A stretch of 63,239 bases of DNA, filler included, from Reclinomonas americana ATCC 50394 (lineage: Eukaryota), in assembly GCA_048213135.1 (NCBI GenBank). It is 7 parts of 7 records of this genome, joined end to end, with 100 filler letters (N's around TTAATTAATTAA, not from the genome) between each part and the next. Parts side by side here need not be neighbours in the genome. Positions count along the whole stretch, not along the records: positions 7,490 to 25,969 come from AFZH01017577.1; 6 more parts are not named here. The stretch is one strand, 5' to 3'. The first letter of the stretch is position 1; every line of letters starts with the position of its first letter. Below are positions 12,638-26,069 of the stretch, piece by piece. Below the pieces are notes generated by a model, which was given only the letters and a program-made list of their open reading frames with translations, was not told the origin of the DNA and did not search any database. The translations under genes were made by a program, and so were the position numbers.

Positions 12638-14263
12638 TTACTCGCCCTGGCTGTGCTGGTTCAGCGGGGACCGCTCCGAGGAGAACGCGTGCGAAAACTC
12701 GGGGCGATCGCTGAACAGCGCCTGCGGCAGCAGCTGCTCGCTCTTGCAACGGATGGCGGAGTTGTGGCGCACCGCAGTGCCAATGGCAAACACCTCCACC
12801 AGACCCTCCGTTCCCAGCTCCTTGACGTGCATGCGCACACCCAGCACATCGTCGGCTCCAATCAACTCGGCCTCGTGGCGCATGCGATTGAGGGCATTGG
12901 TGCGCGCCGTGTAAATCAGCTCCGTCATTTGCGACACCTCGCCGCCGGCAATCTCACGCAGAATCGCGCGCAGAGCACCACCCAGGCCCACCGACACAAT
13001 CGACACACCCATCACCTATGTGCGCGGAGATGAGAAGAGCGAGGAGAACGTATTGAATCACAACACGGGAGCACATACCAGTCGCATGGGAGCGTATCCA
13101 ATCTGTGCAGCGAACAAAGAGTGATGATGAGGGCGATGAGAGCGATGCATGGGAATCATGTGCCCGTCGCACAAACCTTGGCCATGTTCCACGTCTCGGC
13201 CGCCGTCAACGAGCTCGTAATCACATCGCCGGCGCGCGGTGGCTTCAGCGACGGATGCGAGCATGCTGTGCCGAGAAGCGCCAGCTCCTGCGTCAGTCCC
13301 CAGTCGGCCATTCGCACATTCACCCCCATGACGGCGCTGGCGCCGGCGGCACGAGCCTCGGCCTCCAGTCGCTCCAGCGCCAAATGCCGACTGTGATTGT
13401 ACACTGCATGCACAACATTAGAGAAATGCGTGCATCCACACCTCTGCGTGCGAGACTTGCCTTCGGAGAACTGCGGCACCTCGCCCGGACTCGACAACGA
13501 GCGCATCACGCCCGACAGCGCCCCTCCGACTCCACGCGATACCGCAGCATTGCCAAACACAATCGACAGCGGCTTGAACTCCATATCCGTGAGGCAGTAG
13601 AACTCCTGCCCGCTGCACGCACTGGCAAAGAGCGGCGGCGCTCCCACCGTAGGCGTGCTGTTCGATCGCACCGTCGATCCCACCGACAAGAACTCAATGT
13701 TTGCCGCATGGTGAATGATCTGCGTGGTGACGCCCGTGACGCCCACAATCGCCGGATCCTGCGCATGCAGACGCGAGGCCTCTTGCATCATGCGCTCCAG
13801 TGCCTTGTGTCGCGCCTCGGAAAACAGTCTGCATGAAATCGTGTGTATAAATGGACGCGATCAATGCAGTCAAAAGAGAGACACGTGGAGATCGCGGAGA
13901 GAGTGCATGCACGTGGCAACACAAGGCAGTCCACACCATCCAAGACAAAGACATCGCGCAGCTCTCCTCAATCCTCACTCTTGTCACTTGTCTTGCATTC
14001 GCATCTCTTCGTCTCTCTCTCTCTCTCTTTCTCCTTTGTAAACGCAACTGTGTAAGCTGCTCATTCTCGCCACCAGAGACACTGGCCAGCAGGCTCATGA
14101 CGCCGCGATTGACGCCGAGCGACGACACCGAGTTGCCAATAACCATTGGACCGGGGAAGAGACCGCGTTGCGCGAGGCAGTAGACTTCGGTGCCGCTGAA
14201 GGTGCTGGCATAGGTCGCGTACAGGCGACGGGTGAGGTTGGCGGTGCCGAGAAGCGCTCGCAT
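12638..14263 (-). CDS. Triple YbjQ/UPF0145 (putative heavy-metal-binding) repeat protein with an N-terminal mitochondrial-type presequence
   Basis: Three units: SGTEVYCL...GENEQLTQLFSEARHKALERM; SGQEFYCL...GEVPQFSEVYNHSRHLALERL; GEVSQMTELIYTARTNALNRMRHEAELIGADDVLGV...VFAIGTAV. Confidence 0.85.
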
Positions 14264-14351
14264 GATTGTGTGTGAGAGAGGTAAGGGACAGAAATCCGTT
14301 CATCGACTGTGCGGACTTTTGTTTGTTGTTTTCTCACGCACTCCGGCGAGA

Positions 14352-16597
14352 ATGCTGACGCTGGTGAGTGCATGTGTTCATTGCGTGTGAGAGAGGAAGA
14401 GAGGCGGGGAGAGTGAGAGAGACAGCATGCATCTGATGCAAATCTCCGTCCGCATCTCTCTCCGTGTGTTTGCGCCTGTGCGTTGTGTGTGACAGAGTGC
14501 ATGTGTGCGTGTGCATGTGCGTGTTTGTGCGTTGTGTGTGCGTGTGTGAGAGTGGCCGTCGCTGATGCACATGTCGCACTCACACTTTTGTGCAGACGAG
14601 GCGAGTGTATGGAGGTGTGGCGGCACCGGGTGTGCGTCGCTTTGCTGCGGTGGTGCGTCCTTGTGTGCCTGCTTCTCTCTCCCATCTCGTTCCCTCACGA
14701 TTTGGATCGTGCTCAGGCCACTCGTGTGGAGACCGATACGATGGGCGAGATGCAAGTGCCAGTCGACAAGTACTACGGTGCTCAGACGGCACGGTGAGTC
14801 GATCATTGTTCTGCAGCATCGTCCGTCGCTCAAGGCCTCATACCCGCACACGCGCACACGCAGCTCGCTCTCCAACTTTGACATTGGTGGCGATCGGGAG
14901 CGCATGCCGGCGCCGATCATCAAGGCGTTTGCGATCCTCAAGAGCGCCGCTGCGCACGCCAACGCCGAGATGGGGCTCATTGACGGAAAGGTATATTGCA
15001 TGGGAGCGATTGTGTGGCTGTCGATCGTCAGCGAGTGTGACGACATCTTCGTTGTTGTTGTTGTTTGGTAGGTGGCGCAAAAGATCCAGGAGGCGGCCGA
15101 CGAGGTCATCTCCGGCAAGATTGGCCTGGATCACTTCCCGCTGGTGATCTGGCAGACGGGCAGTGGCACGCAGAGCAACATGAACATCAACGAGGTGCTG
15201 TCGAACCGCGCCATTGAGATGCTCGGTGGTCGCATGGGCAGCAAGACGCCCGTGCATCCGAACGATCACGTGAACCACGGCCAGTCGTCCAACGACACGT
15301 TGCGTTTTGCCGTTGGTGACCATGCATGGACAGCAGCGGTGCTCACTTGCAATTCAATTCGTTCAGGTTCCCCACGGCCATGCACATTGCCACGGCTTGC
15401 GAGTCGTACGATCGTCTCCTGCCGTCGCTGCGCATGCTGCGCGACGCGCTGGCGAGCAAGCAGGAGCAGTTCAAGAACATTATCAAGATTGGCCGCACTC
15501 ACTTGCAGGACGCCGTGCCACTCACTCTCGGCCAGGAGTTCTCCGGCTACGTCCAGCAGCTGACCAACGGCATTGCGCGCATCGAGGCCGCCTTGCCGTT
15601 TGTGCAGGAGCTCGCACTCGGTGGCACTGCTGTCGGAACGGTTTGAAAAGAGATCTCTCTCTCCGCGGTCGACACTGTGTCTTCTCACACTTGCGGTGCA
15701 CAGGGTCTGAACACGAAGAAGGGCTTTGCCGAGAAGGCGGCTCTGCGCATCAGCGCCATGACTGGTGTGCCATTCTTCCCGGCGCCCAACAAGTTTGAGG
15801 CGCTGGCGGCACACGATGCCATGGTGCAGCTCAGCGGCTCACTGAATACGCTGGCCGTGTCGCTGATGAAGATCGCCAATGACATTCGCTTCCTCGGTTG
15901 GTATTTTTCTCTCTGTCTTCCTCAGCCCCGGCTGCAACTCACCAACATTCCTCTTCAGGCTCTGGTCCCCGCTGCGGTCTGGGCGAGCTGAGCCTGCCGG
16001 AGAACGAGCCGGGCTCCTCCATCATGCCGGGCAAGGTGAACCCGACGCAATGCGAGTCGATGACCATGGTGTGCGCGCAAGTCATGGGCAACCACATGGC
16101 GGTGTCGATTGGCGGCAGCAACGGGCACTTTGAGCTGAACGTGTTCAAGCCGGTGATTGCGTCGAACGTGCTGCAGAGCATTCGTCTGCTGGCCGACTCG
16201 TGCCGTTCGTTCACCGAGCACTGCGTTGACGGCATCACCGCCAACGAGCCGCGCATCAAGCAGTTGCTGAATGACAGCCTCATGCTCGTCACTGCGCTGA
16301 ATACCAAGATTGGCTACGACAGTTGCGGGCAGTCTGTGTTTGTTTTGGAGGTGGTTGTGGTGATGCTAATGTGTGTGTGCGAGAACAGAGGCGGCCGCGG
16401 TGGCGAAGAAGGCCCACAAGGAGGGCACGACGCTGAAGCAGTCGGCTATTGCACTCGGCTACCTCACGGAGGCGCAGTTCGACGAGTGGGTGCGCCCGGA
16501 GAAGGTTTGTCTGTTTTTTCCTCCCTCTCTTTGTACGTGTGTGTGCGACGGTGACTCACTAGTGCGGCTCGCTCAGATGCTCGGTCCGAAGGATTAG
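14352..16597 (+). CDS. FUM1: Fumarate hydratase class II, mitochondrial precursor
   Basis: [40 protein letters not shown], signature [15 protein letters not shown]; presequence MLTL|TRRVYGG...RRFAAV; TAG at 16595-16597. Confidence 0.97.
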
Positions 16598-16721
16598 AAA
16601 CGCACGCTTGTGCTGTCTCGGATCTCACGTCTTGTTTTTCCCCCCACTCCACCAAGAGGCACTCATGAAGTGATGAGCTTGTATTGGGTACTCGTGTGTG
16701 TGTGTGTGTGTGCATGCATTT

Positions 16722-19700
16722 TCATCTACCGCCGTTGCGTCGCGTCGGTGTGCTGCTTCCTGCTCCGTGGCGGTTGGGAGAGTGGAACTGCTGCACGTAA
16801 TTCGCAAAGTCGCCCACGGACATTCTTGATCTGTAGAGCGCGTGGTAAGTGATGCATGCGCGGTGAGTGTGCGGATGTAGAGTGTTCGCAACAGCGGCCG
16901 ATGGGAGTCCATCGTTGGTCGACCGCGCTGGAGGAACGAGCGCCGTGGACTGGTGACGCTGCTGGGTGACGAGGCGAAGGGCATTGGCGCCGGCATGTAC
17001 TGTTGTCGAGAGGGATGCGGAGGAACGGTGATCCGTGGACCGCGCTCACGCGACAACGACTGGCGTGAGGAGGGAGCTGACGGCAGCGATGGTGGAGTGA
17101 GGAGGCGCGATCCAGTGGGGCGCTTCGGCATCCAACCCTGGTCGAGATCAATGACGGAGCCGCGACTGCGCAATCGCTTCTCTGTATGGCGGAGACATGG
17201 TGAGGCGAGAGTGCTGTGTAAGTGTGCTTGACGAGCAACGCAACGACCGCTCCGAGAGTTTCCACTGCTGCTGCTGCTCTCGGCCGACCTGTGAAGTCGA
17301 AGGATGATTAGATGGACACATGTGGCTGTGACTGGGTTCGTGTGGGAGCAATTACCTCCAGTAGGGCGGTGAGCTCAGCCGCGCATCAACGCTGTAGCCG
17401 TCGTCGTCATCATTGGCGTGGTGATGCGCCGCCGTGTGAGGATGGTGTTGATGATCTGCACCTGTGTGCATGCACGGTTGGCAAACTCAGGCAGTGACGG
17501 CATATCGTGATGGATCTCACCTCGGTGGTCATCTTGTTCCTCCTGCCAGGCTGGTGGGTGCTGTGTGGTGAACGACGGAGGCTTCAGCGACTGAGAGCGC
17601 AACAATGGGGGGCGGTGGGAAACGAACCTCCTCCTCCTCCTCCAGTTGCCCCCGCTCCATGTCCGTACCGTGATCGCCAGTGAGCCAGGGGAATGGCTGC
17701 TGGCGGGCAGACACCCGACGGGTGCCACCGACGAGATCGTTGACTGCATGGTTGATGCTCCACGGAGCTCCATGTGCAGTTGAACGAGCTGACGATCGCT
17801 GCTGTTCTCGCTGTGGTAGTGGTGGCGGCGGGCGGAACCGGCTGAGAATAGAATCGTGATGACTGGCGGCCGGCTCCACTCCACTGCTGTCGTCGTCGGC
17901 GTCGTCGTCGAGAGACAGACCGTATGCGCTGGAGTTGCGGTGCGGTGCAGGAGCGGGAGTCTCACGTTGCGGCGGTGGCGCTGGTGAGGCGAGGCTGCCG
18001 GAGAGTTTCGGCTCCGACCAGGTGAGGCGCGACTGGCCGGAACTGTCCGACTGCATCGATTGTTGGTGAGTGAGCGCACCGTGTCACTTGATGGAGATAC
18101 CTGTGACACGCAACAGTGGGGGCAATGGCAAGTCGGCGTTCTTTCCACGGCGCCAACTCATCCGAGAGGAAGACTCGACGCCCAGTCGGCAGCTGACTGG
18201 AGGGCGGCGTCTGCTGTGTAGAAAACAGTGCTGTCAGTGGCAGTTCTGCATTCTCTACAGATGACAACTTTGCGTGCAAGCAGACCGCCGACGACAGAGG
18301 CGCGGACGCGGGAGATGGAGAGCGTGCACGTGGTGGCCTGGCGTGCACCGGCGGTTGCGGTGCTGGTGGAGCCTGTCGCCTGGACTCCCGAGTGAGTCCT
18401 TTCGGGAGCAGTGCTGCAAGCTGAGGCTGTTTATTTTTTCCGCTGTGTGAGTCGCACAGACAACAGTATCTCGACATGCTACGCACTCAACCACTCACCC
18501 AGATGGCGACGGGCACCGAGGGACACTGTCGCTGCTGCTGCTCAGCCCCCGAGGCAGCAAGGGTACGCAGTTCCGCCATGGAGAACTGACCAAGACGCTC
18601 CGCCGTCCACGCATTGAGGAAGGGGAGGAACGAGAGCGCCTGTGTCAACTGCACTTGGCGAATCAGCTGCCAATGTGAGTTCAGCGATGTGCGTCTATAC
18701 GAGTCGCAACATTGCTCTCCTCGTCGTGCAGCCAGTTGCGTTGAAGCCACGACCGGTCACCTCCGCATCGTCGGAACGCGGTCACAGTCGCCGCCTTGAG
18801 CACCAGGACGATATCCTGCATTCCACAGCAGGTGAGTGCTCACACCATTGTTGTGCGTGTGTGCACACGATCAACACGTGCCTCTGTGGAGAAGGTGTGC
18901 CAGGTACCGACGAGGAAGTCTGGTGAATTCATGGCCACGGTGAGCATGGCCACCTGTGTGCAGTGTGCGACCGCCGTATCGTCGCAGTTACTGCAGCGTG
19001 CGTGTTAGTTGCAGGCGGTTGTGTACAGCACCAGCCTGTTTTACGCACCGATGATCGCACACGACAATGCACATGGAGACCACCCGGCGAAGGATGGAAA
19101 GCGCATCTCGCAGACCTGCGCAGCACTGGTGAGTGTTTTCACGAGCGATGCATTCCGGCATTACAAAATACCTGGCAAGGTGGCCTCCTTGACCTGGTGG
19201 ATGAGCACGGCGGTTGTGCCGTCGAGCAGCACATCGGACGGGCAGCTGGGAGTCCGACTGCGCTCCAGCACGCAGAAATCGCCGTGCACCTCCATCGCGC
19301 GAACCAGATCGTGGTCGGCCAGGATGCGCTCGGTGCACAGGACGCGCAGTGGCTGTGCGACATCACCAGAGTCTTCCTCTGGTGAGACAGAGGCGGGGTG
19401 ACTGGCGACCGTCGTCGTCCGTTGTGGTGTGGGTGGCTGTTGCAGTGTCGACATGGCACTCGGGAGATCGCGAATCACCGGGATCTGGTGGACACCGCCT
19501 TCGTATTCCACGTGGTGGTGCCGCGAGAGGCGGGCAAGACTGTTGGCAAGCTCCACCCGGTCTCCTGCTTTCCAGTGAGTGCAGAGCACATTGCTGTTGT
19601 CTGCATTCACTCACTCACTCACCACCACCACTGTCCATCATCAGAGCATGCAGACTGCAGCAGCACAGATGACCAAGAGCTGCCGCCTGTCCCCATCGAC

Positions 19701-22700
19701 TCGTGGCGGGCAGCTGCCGCACAATTCCCACATCATTGACATCCACAACAACGGCCGCCGACTGTTGCCACCACTCGATCTTGCCCGAGTCGCTGAGATT
19801 GTCGAGCAGTCGCCAGTCGCACACGACAACCAGCAACGGGGTGCTCTTGAGCGAGCTGCTGCCACCGCCCGCTGCTGCGTCTGCCTCCAGTGACTGCTGC
19901 AGGTAGAGTTTCGCAGTGCTGTTTGCACACGCTGAAGTGAGTATTCTCGAATGGCGATGGAATTGTTGATTGACAGTACCGCTGACTCTCCACATCACTG
20001 ACGTGCACTGTGCACAGATCGATCGGGCGCCGTCGCCCCGCATCTGGGTCGCGTGCTAGTTGAGCGTCCAACGTGTCGGACAGCAGCGTCGACAAGACGG
20101 ATGCCGAGTCGTCGTACTCCAGCGCCAGGAAGACCTGTGCGTGATGAATCAAGGGTGTGCGCAGTACACCTGCTGTGCCGCGGTTCTAAACGTACCCTTT
20201 TAGCGCTGCCGTACTTGCCTCCTGCTCCAGCAGCTGTCGGCGATGATGACGAAGCGGATGACGAAGCGGATGACACTGGTACCAGAGCGAGGTCACAGAG
20301 CATGAAAGTGAGTGCCGTCACGTGCGGCTCGACGCCGAGGCGGCCTGACAGTGGGGCCGCACAGGCAGCATTTAGTAGGTCGAGGAGTTCAGTACACGAT
20401 CCTGTGCTTGCTGTCACTCCATTGCCAGCATCGCATTACAACCACACAGCGATACGTACCACCAAGCAGTCGCTCGTACTGCTGATCTTGACAGACGTTG
20501 CTGACATACAGCAGTGATAGCAGTGCGCCACCGCGAAGCAACAGTGATCGAGCCATGCACAGAGTGTGCAGAATAACCGCCTGTGTTTATGGTTGTCAAG
20601 TGAGGTCGTCGACTGTGGTTGGAAACAAGAGAGTACGAACCTCGCGGTACTGCAAGCCGAGTCCAGGAGCGCTGGCTGTGTGTGCTTCGGTGTCAGCACT
20701 CTTTGCACGACACTATAGCATCTCTCTCGGAGCCCATACCTTGTTGGCGCACAAGTTGTGCCTTGCTGTCGACGTGCTGCTTGGCGACGCTGAGTACACA
20801 TGCAATGTGTTGGTTCACGTGAAGAAGGGGATCGCCACTGGCATGCAACATACCGAGCAGTGAGTCGCGTAAAGTCCGACACTGCTGGTGGGGAGCTCAT
20901 ACCGTCCATGTGCAGCTGGCCGAGGTGGCACAGCTGACGATCGAGCAGCAGAAACTCGGCTGTGTGTGCGTGCCCATGCAGCGATCAGTGAGTGGCTTAT
21001 CAGAGACAACTGCGAGCCATCATGTAATACGCAACGAGCAAGCAGCAAGAGATGCACTGGTGGCAGTGAATGTGCAATGGAGGATTGAGCTTGCTGGTCG
21101 GTGAGAACAACACACAGCTGCAGGTAGTGAAGTGTGAGTCGGTGAAAAAAACAGAAACCACACAATTGAACGGACCTCAGTTTGTGCCTTGCGTGCCAAT
21201 GTGAGTGTACTGAGCAATGGCTCATTGCACGGAGGCACCACAATGACGTTGCATGCGGTTACGCGATGCAGTTCCAGCAGTGCCGTCATGTCTGATCAGT
21301 CGCGCGTCATGAGAAAAGTAACAGCAAATCGATACTGAGGGCTGCAGAATGACACACCATCTGTTGCCCACGAAGCCGTGCTCAATGTCAACGTCTCATC
21401 GCTATCGAACCACTGCCGACAATGCAGTGTCGCAGTGCTGGCCAGGTGCACCACACTGAGCGAGACGCCTCCGCTGTTCACCAGATGCCTGTCACTCACT
21501 CACTTGTGAGTTCAAAGCAGAAAGAAATCACTGCCCCATTGAATGAATGCTGCAGCGTACCGCAGCGTCAGTCCATTGTCGCGCCGCTGAGCACGGTCCA
21601 GCGTGTCCATGTGCAGGAATACCACAGTGGAGAGTGCCAGAGGTCGAGCGAGTGCTTCGCTGAGAGTGGCGCTTGTGGTCGCCACGCAAGTGACTTGTCG
21701 CGAATTCGCAAACACAGCATGCAAGTGGTGTGAGAGGAACACAAAGAATGGCCAGCGGGACAGGTCGGCGAGCACGTGCTTGCCACGGCACAGCACCAGT
21801 ACCTGCATGTAGCAGAGATGAGTACGTTGACGCACTCAAAGATTGCAAAAAAGCAAACAGACCCGCTTGTTCGGACTGCGCTGGAGAGCATTGCAGATGC
21901 ACAGTGCCAAGGACATGTGCAACGGTACCGTGGAACTGCTCACGATGCAGCTGACGGGTGGCACAAGGAGATGCCGGGCCACCTCAACCTGCGCTATCGG
22001 TCAGTGATGAAGACCGAAATGACGGTGTGTTGCTGTCTCACAACTTCAAGAGCAGAAAAGTGTGGCTGCACTGGAATGTAGAAGGGCGCAGTGACGTAGC
22101 GAACGGCGGGCAGTTGCTCCGACACCGCAACAGTGTTGCCGCCGTGTGCTGCAGCTGTCAACATTGAAATGAGTGATACTCACTGATTATCATTCACCAG
22201 CAGAAGCGCAACAGTTGGCGACTGGTGCCTGTTGTCGTCGCCTCGATGTCATGAAAGCATCGAGCGAATCCTGCGAAAGGTGAGTAATGCAGCACAGACC
22301 AAGCAGTGCATTCGCTCACACCTGCAGTGAGACAGAGACAGCCGCACTGACAGCAGTTGGTTCGACTGGTTGGCGCTGCTCGTCGACAACCATATGCATC
22401 GAGGAGACGTCGTCACTCCATTCGAATCCACCCACATTGTGATCAACCGCGGAGACCACAGATGGCAACTGAGTTGTCTGGGTGTCGTCCTCATCACCAC
22501 ACGTGGCCAGCTGCAGTTCGCAAGTGAGAAGAGTGACAAAACGAGTGCAGGATAGCAACGCACCATGCGGGAGAACTCCTGCACCGACTTGGAGGACTCG
22601 ACTCGGGCATTGAAAAAGTGCAACAAGCCTGTGCATGCAAGAGGAAGTCGGTGAAACAGTGACTGCATGTTTCACAATCAATTCCCATTGTTACCAGCAA

Positions 22701-24945
22701 CATCCATCTCCAAGTGCTGCGGTAACTCGAGAGTTGTCATGAATAGCCAATCCTGCACCAACAAGGACAGTTGTTGGTGATGGCGGAAGGTGCTACTGCT
22801 GCCTCCAAATCGCCGCAGCGTACCTCCGACTCTTCCAAGGTCTGCGCCGAGAGATCGTGATGCAGGTGCTGTCCCGCCTGGTGCAGCAGATTGGAGAGTG
22901 CCGGCTGTCCCTTGTGCAACTCCCCAAGCTCAGCAGTCCACATGTTTTGCACGGTGCTGGGTGATGGTGATCATATGCATGAGAGAGAACCCTGCACCAG
23001 CAGTTCGTGCAGTTGCATTCACACACCTCATGGGCTCAGGCACCTCCGGGCTCACGCGCTCCAAGTGCTCCTGCAGCAGTTGCTCTGTGCGCACTGTTGC
23101 GAGGAAGGTGTCAACAGTGATTCAAGTGCGTATTTCGTGTGATTGTCAACGCAACTCTGTGTATCGTGATGCGCCTCTACACCACTCCACAGTCTCTCGT
23201 CTTGCAAGCTGATGGATGCTGCTGCCGGGACGACTTGCAGCACTGTGCGTGGAAGTGCGTCGTGCAGCGCCCACCGCAATCGCTTGTCAGTGGTGTGCTC
23301 CAGCAATCGATCCAGACTGCATGCTTGCGTGTCGAGTGGCACTGCTGCGTGGCTCTCCAGCAGTGTGGACGCACGCCACTGAGTTGCATCCTGGCGCAGC
23401 GACGCCAAAATGGCCACTGCAGAGAGGCAGCCGGGTTCAGAGTTTGCTACGGTGTAAGGCATGAGAGATCACTCACCAGCATTGAGTCGACGACGGGCCA
23501 GCGGTCGCACCCGAACGGCCGACGTCTTTGTTTCTTCATCCTCAGCATGCAGGCGCGCGGCAGCGAGACGTGCACGGGCCACGAGCGACGGGTCGAGGAG
23601 TACCTCCGAGTGCGACAAGTCGCATTTCTCCAGGGGACTGCGGTTGATGAGTGATATCGATCACACATGATCGTATCAGTCCCGAGGAACACACACACAC
23701 ACACACACACCTCGTCACGTCTGCAACGGGAGGGAGCGGGAGGCGCAGGTCGGGCAGTGGTGCCCACATGCCGCCGTCAGTGGTAAGCGCCGTGGCGTCA
23801 TCGTGGAAGAGTAGTTGCAGCTGGAATGCCGCATCGTCGCCAGCAACAAGCGGCTTCAGCCCGTCGTTGATGAAAGGCGGTGGATCTGAGGGCAGCTGAT
23901 ACCAGCTGCGGCCGACGACGCCACCGCGCAACTGCTCCACCAGGCCATCGACGGAGAGACAGAGATCCACCGGCGTGACAACAGGAAGGTCACAGTCAGA
24001 TGCTAATGTTGTTGCACACGGTGCCACCACCTGCGTACGTGTGCGTGTTAGCTTATGTGTGTCTTCTGAAAGTAAGGCAGAGTACCTCTCCGCGAGCAAG
24101 CCATACAGGACCACGGCCACCACTGGTCGCTGTGGGCACATCGATGCAATCCTGCAGCCCGAACGGTTGCCGAGTTTCTCCGCGATCCATCTCCCTCAAC
24201 AGTGCCGTCACATTATCCATGTTTGTCTGGCGAAGCCGCCGAGCCACCGCACTTGCTTCCTCGCTGCACATCAGAGTCAGTGGCTGCCGGCAGCACAACA
24301 ACACTTGACTCTACGCGCACGAACCCAAGCGACGGAAGATGGACTCGCTCGACGGATGGCACTCGACCAGATGTCTCGCCGCCATCCTCCAGCCGACGGC
24401 TCTTGCCAGTCACCAGCGGTAGCAGGAATGGGAGCGAGGTGTCTGCAATGCGCCTTTATGAGTGCACAGGAGAATCACAGAAATGGCTGGTGGAGTGACG
24501 CAACCAATCGCAGCTTGCTCCTCCAGTTTCGCAAGCCACTCATCCAGCGGATCTGCGGCGCACAGTGTGTGAGGCATTCTCACCCTACACAGGCGGGAAG
24601 TGGCTTCTCCGTCACCTTTCGCAGCGGCAACTGTCGCACTCGGCATCCATCCATCATTCTGCGGCCGCACCACCGACTTCAGTCGGCATTCCAACCAATC
24701 CGACAACTCGACTTGCAGCACCGAGGTCGTACTACCAGCATGCGTCAGCAAAAGAAAAGAGCACAGAAAAGGAGGCACGAGATGCCACTCAACTCGAGTT
24801 CCCGAGGCAACACATGCGGCACCACCCCAGCACCTCCTCCACACACGCGACTCTTCACCGAGCGCCACAACAGTCGCGAGTGCTCCTTCCGCGCACGAGC
24901 CCGCTGCGCAAAGTAGTCCACATGCACCACCGGACGCAGTCGCAT
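16722..24945 (-). CDS. SHOC1/ZIP2 (C9orf84)-like meiotic XPF-family protein, many exons; both ends approximate
   Basis: N-terminal MRLRPVVHVDYF; a degenerate SF2-helicase-like segment at about 21800-21990; ERCC4-like CTERILADHDLVRAMEVHGDFCVLER...DVLLDGTTAVLIHQV; WLQRNWLHDEESN|LTQALSFLPFLNAWTAERL aligns without gaps to the SHOC1 W..S..E..L..FP.IN..A motif as I recall it; low-complexity tail. Confidence 0.7.
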
Positions 24946-25075
24946 TGCCCACTTCAAGTGCGCTTTGCTCCACACACAACACGAAAAAAATTGCGCGAAC
25001 GCGAATGACTCACAATTGTCATCTATATCTGTCCCGCTAACGGCTAGTTAGTGCCTTTTTTTCAATCATCGCAAG

Positions 25076-25969
25076 ATGTTCAGGCCACTGACTCCACCCG
25101 TGCAAGGAGGTGCCTGTGCTCTCCTTTTGAGTGTGTGGGCGTGTGTGTCTCACTGTGTGTGCGTGCACGCAGACTTGAGTGAGATCCGCATTGCGCGGCC
25201 GACTCGCGATGTGCAGTGTGAACACAATGTCTTGTACCTGCGACGCGACGACTACGCCTGTTACAACATTACGCCTGGAGTGCACGCTGATGCGACCCTC
25301 TCGTTGCGTCCCCCTCATCCCTTTCATCTCAAAGAGACACTGACACTGACAATGACAACAGGGCGGCATTGCGACGCGACGCTGGTGGCGAGCTGACGGG
25401 CTTCTCGGGTGTCGATGCCGGCAACACACGTGTGATGGCCTATGAGACATCGCAGGTGTTGGAGACAGAGGCCGATGGAGGCCTGGAGCTGCCGTCGGCG
25501 ATGAAACCGAGTCCGTTTGCTGAGACTGGAGTTGCGGGACATCTACTCACCTCACCCACCCGCTCTCGCCTCACGCGCAGTGCGTGTGGTTACAGGACAA
25601 GGCACGGCATCGATCGCTGGTCGCCAACGCGGTGCAGGAGGCCAAAGATCGTCGACTTCGCGCATTCCACTCGGCGGTCAAGACGCGCGTGAAGGAGCAG
25701 CTGACCAAGGAACGACTGTTGCGCTGCTCCTCAGTCGTGCTGCCTTTCCCCCACCTCTCTCTGATCTGCTGCTGCGCCACAGGGAGCGGGAGCAGTCGGA
25801 GAGAAAGGCGACCGAGTTGCTCGTGCGGAGGAGAGAGTTTATTCAGAGTCACCGACTGCCGGCTCCTGCGACCGAGCCGATCGTCGTTGGTGCCGGGATC
25901 ACCACGACGGTGAGTGCGCAGACCACTGTGCACATGGCGGTGAACAGCTCGGTGGCTTCGTCGGCACAG
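25076..25969 (+). CDS. Coiled-coil protein, 5' part, possibly CCDC15-like; truncated by the contig end
   Basis: Exons splice in frame. QEAKDRRLRAFHSAVKTRVKEQ resembles the CCDC15 L..FQ..VK.RV motif (weak match). Confidence 0.5.
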
Positions 25970-26069
25970 NNNNNNNNNNNNNNNNNNNNNNNNNNNNNNN
26001 NNNNNNNNNNNNNTTAATTAATTAANNNNNNNNNNNNNNNNNNNNNNNNNNNNNNNNNNNNNNNNNNNN

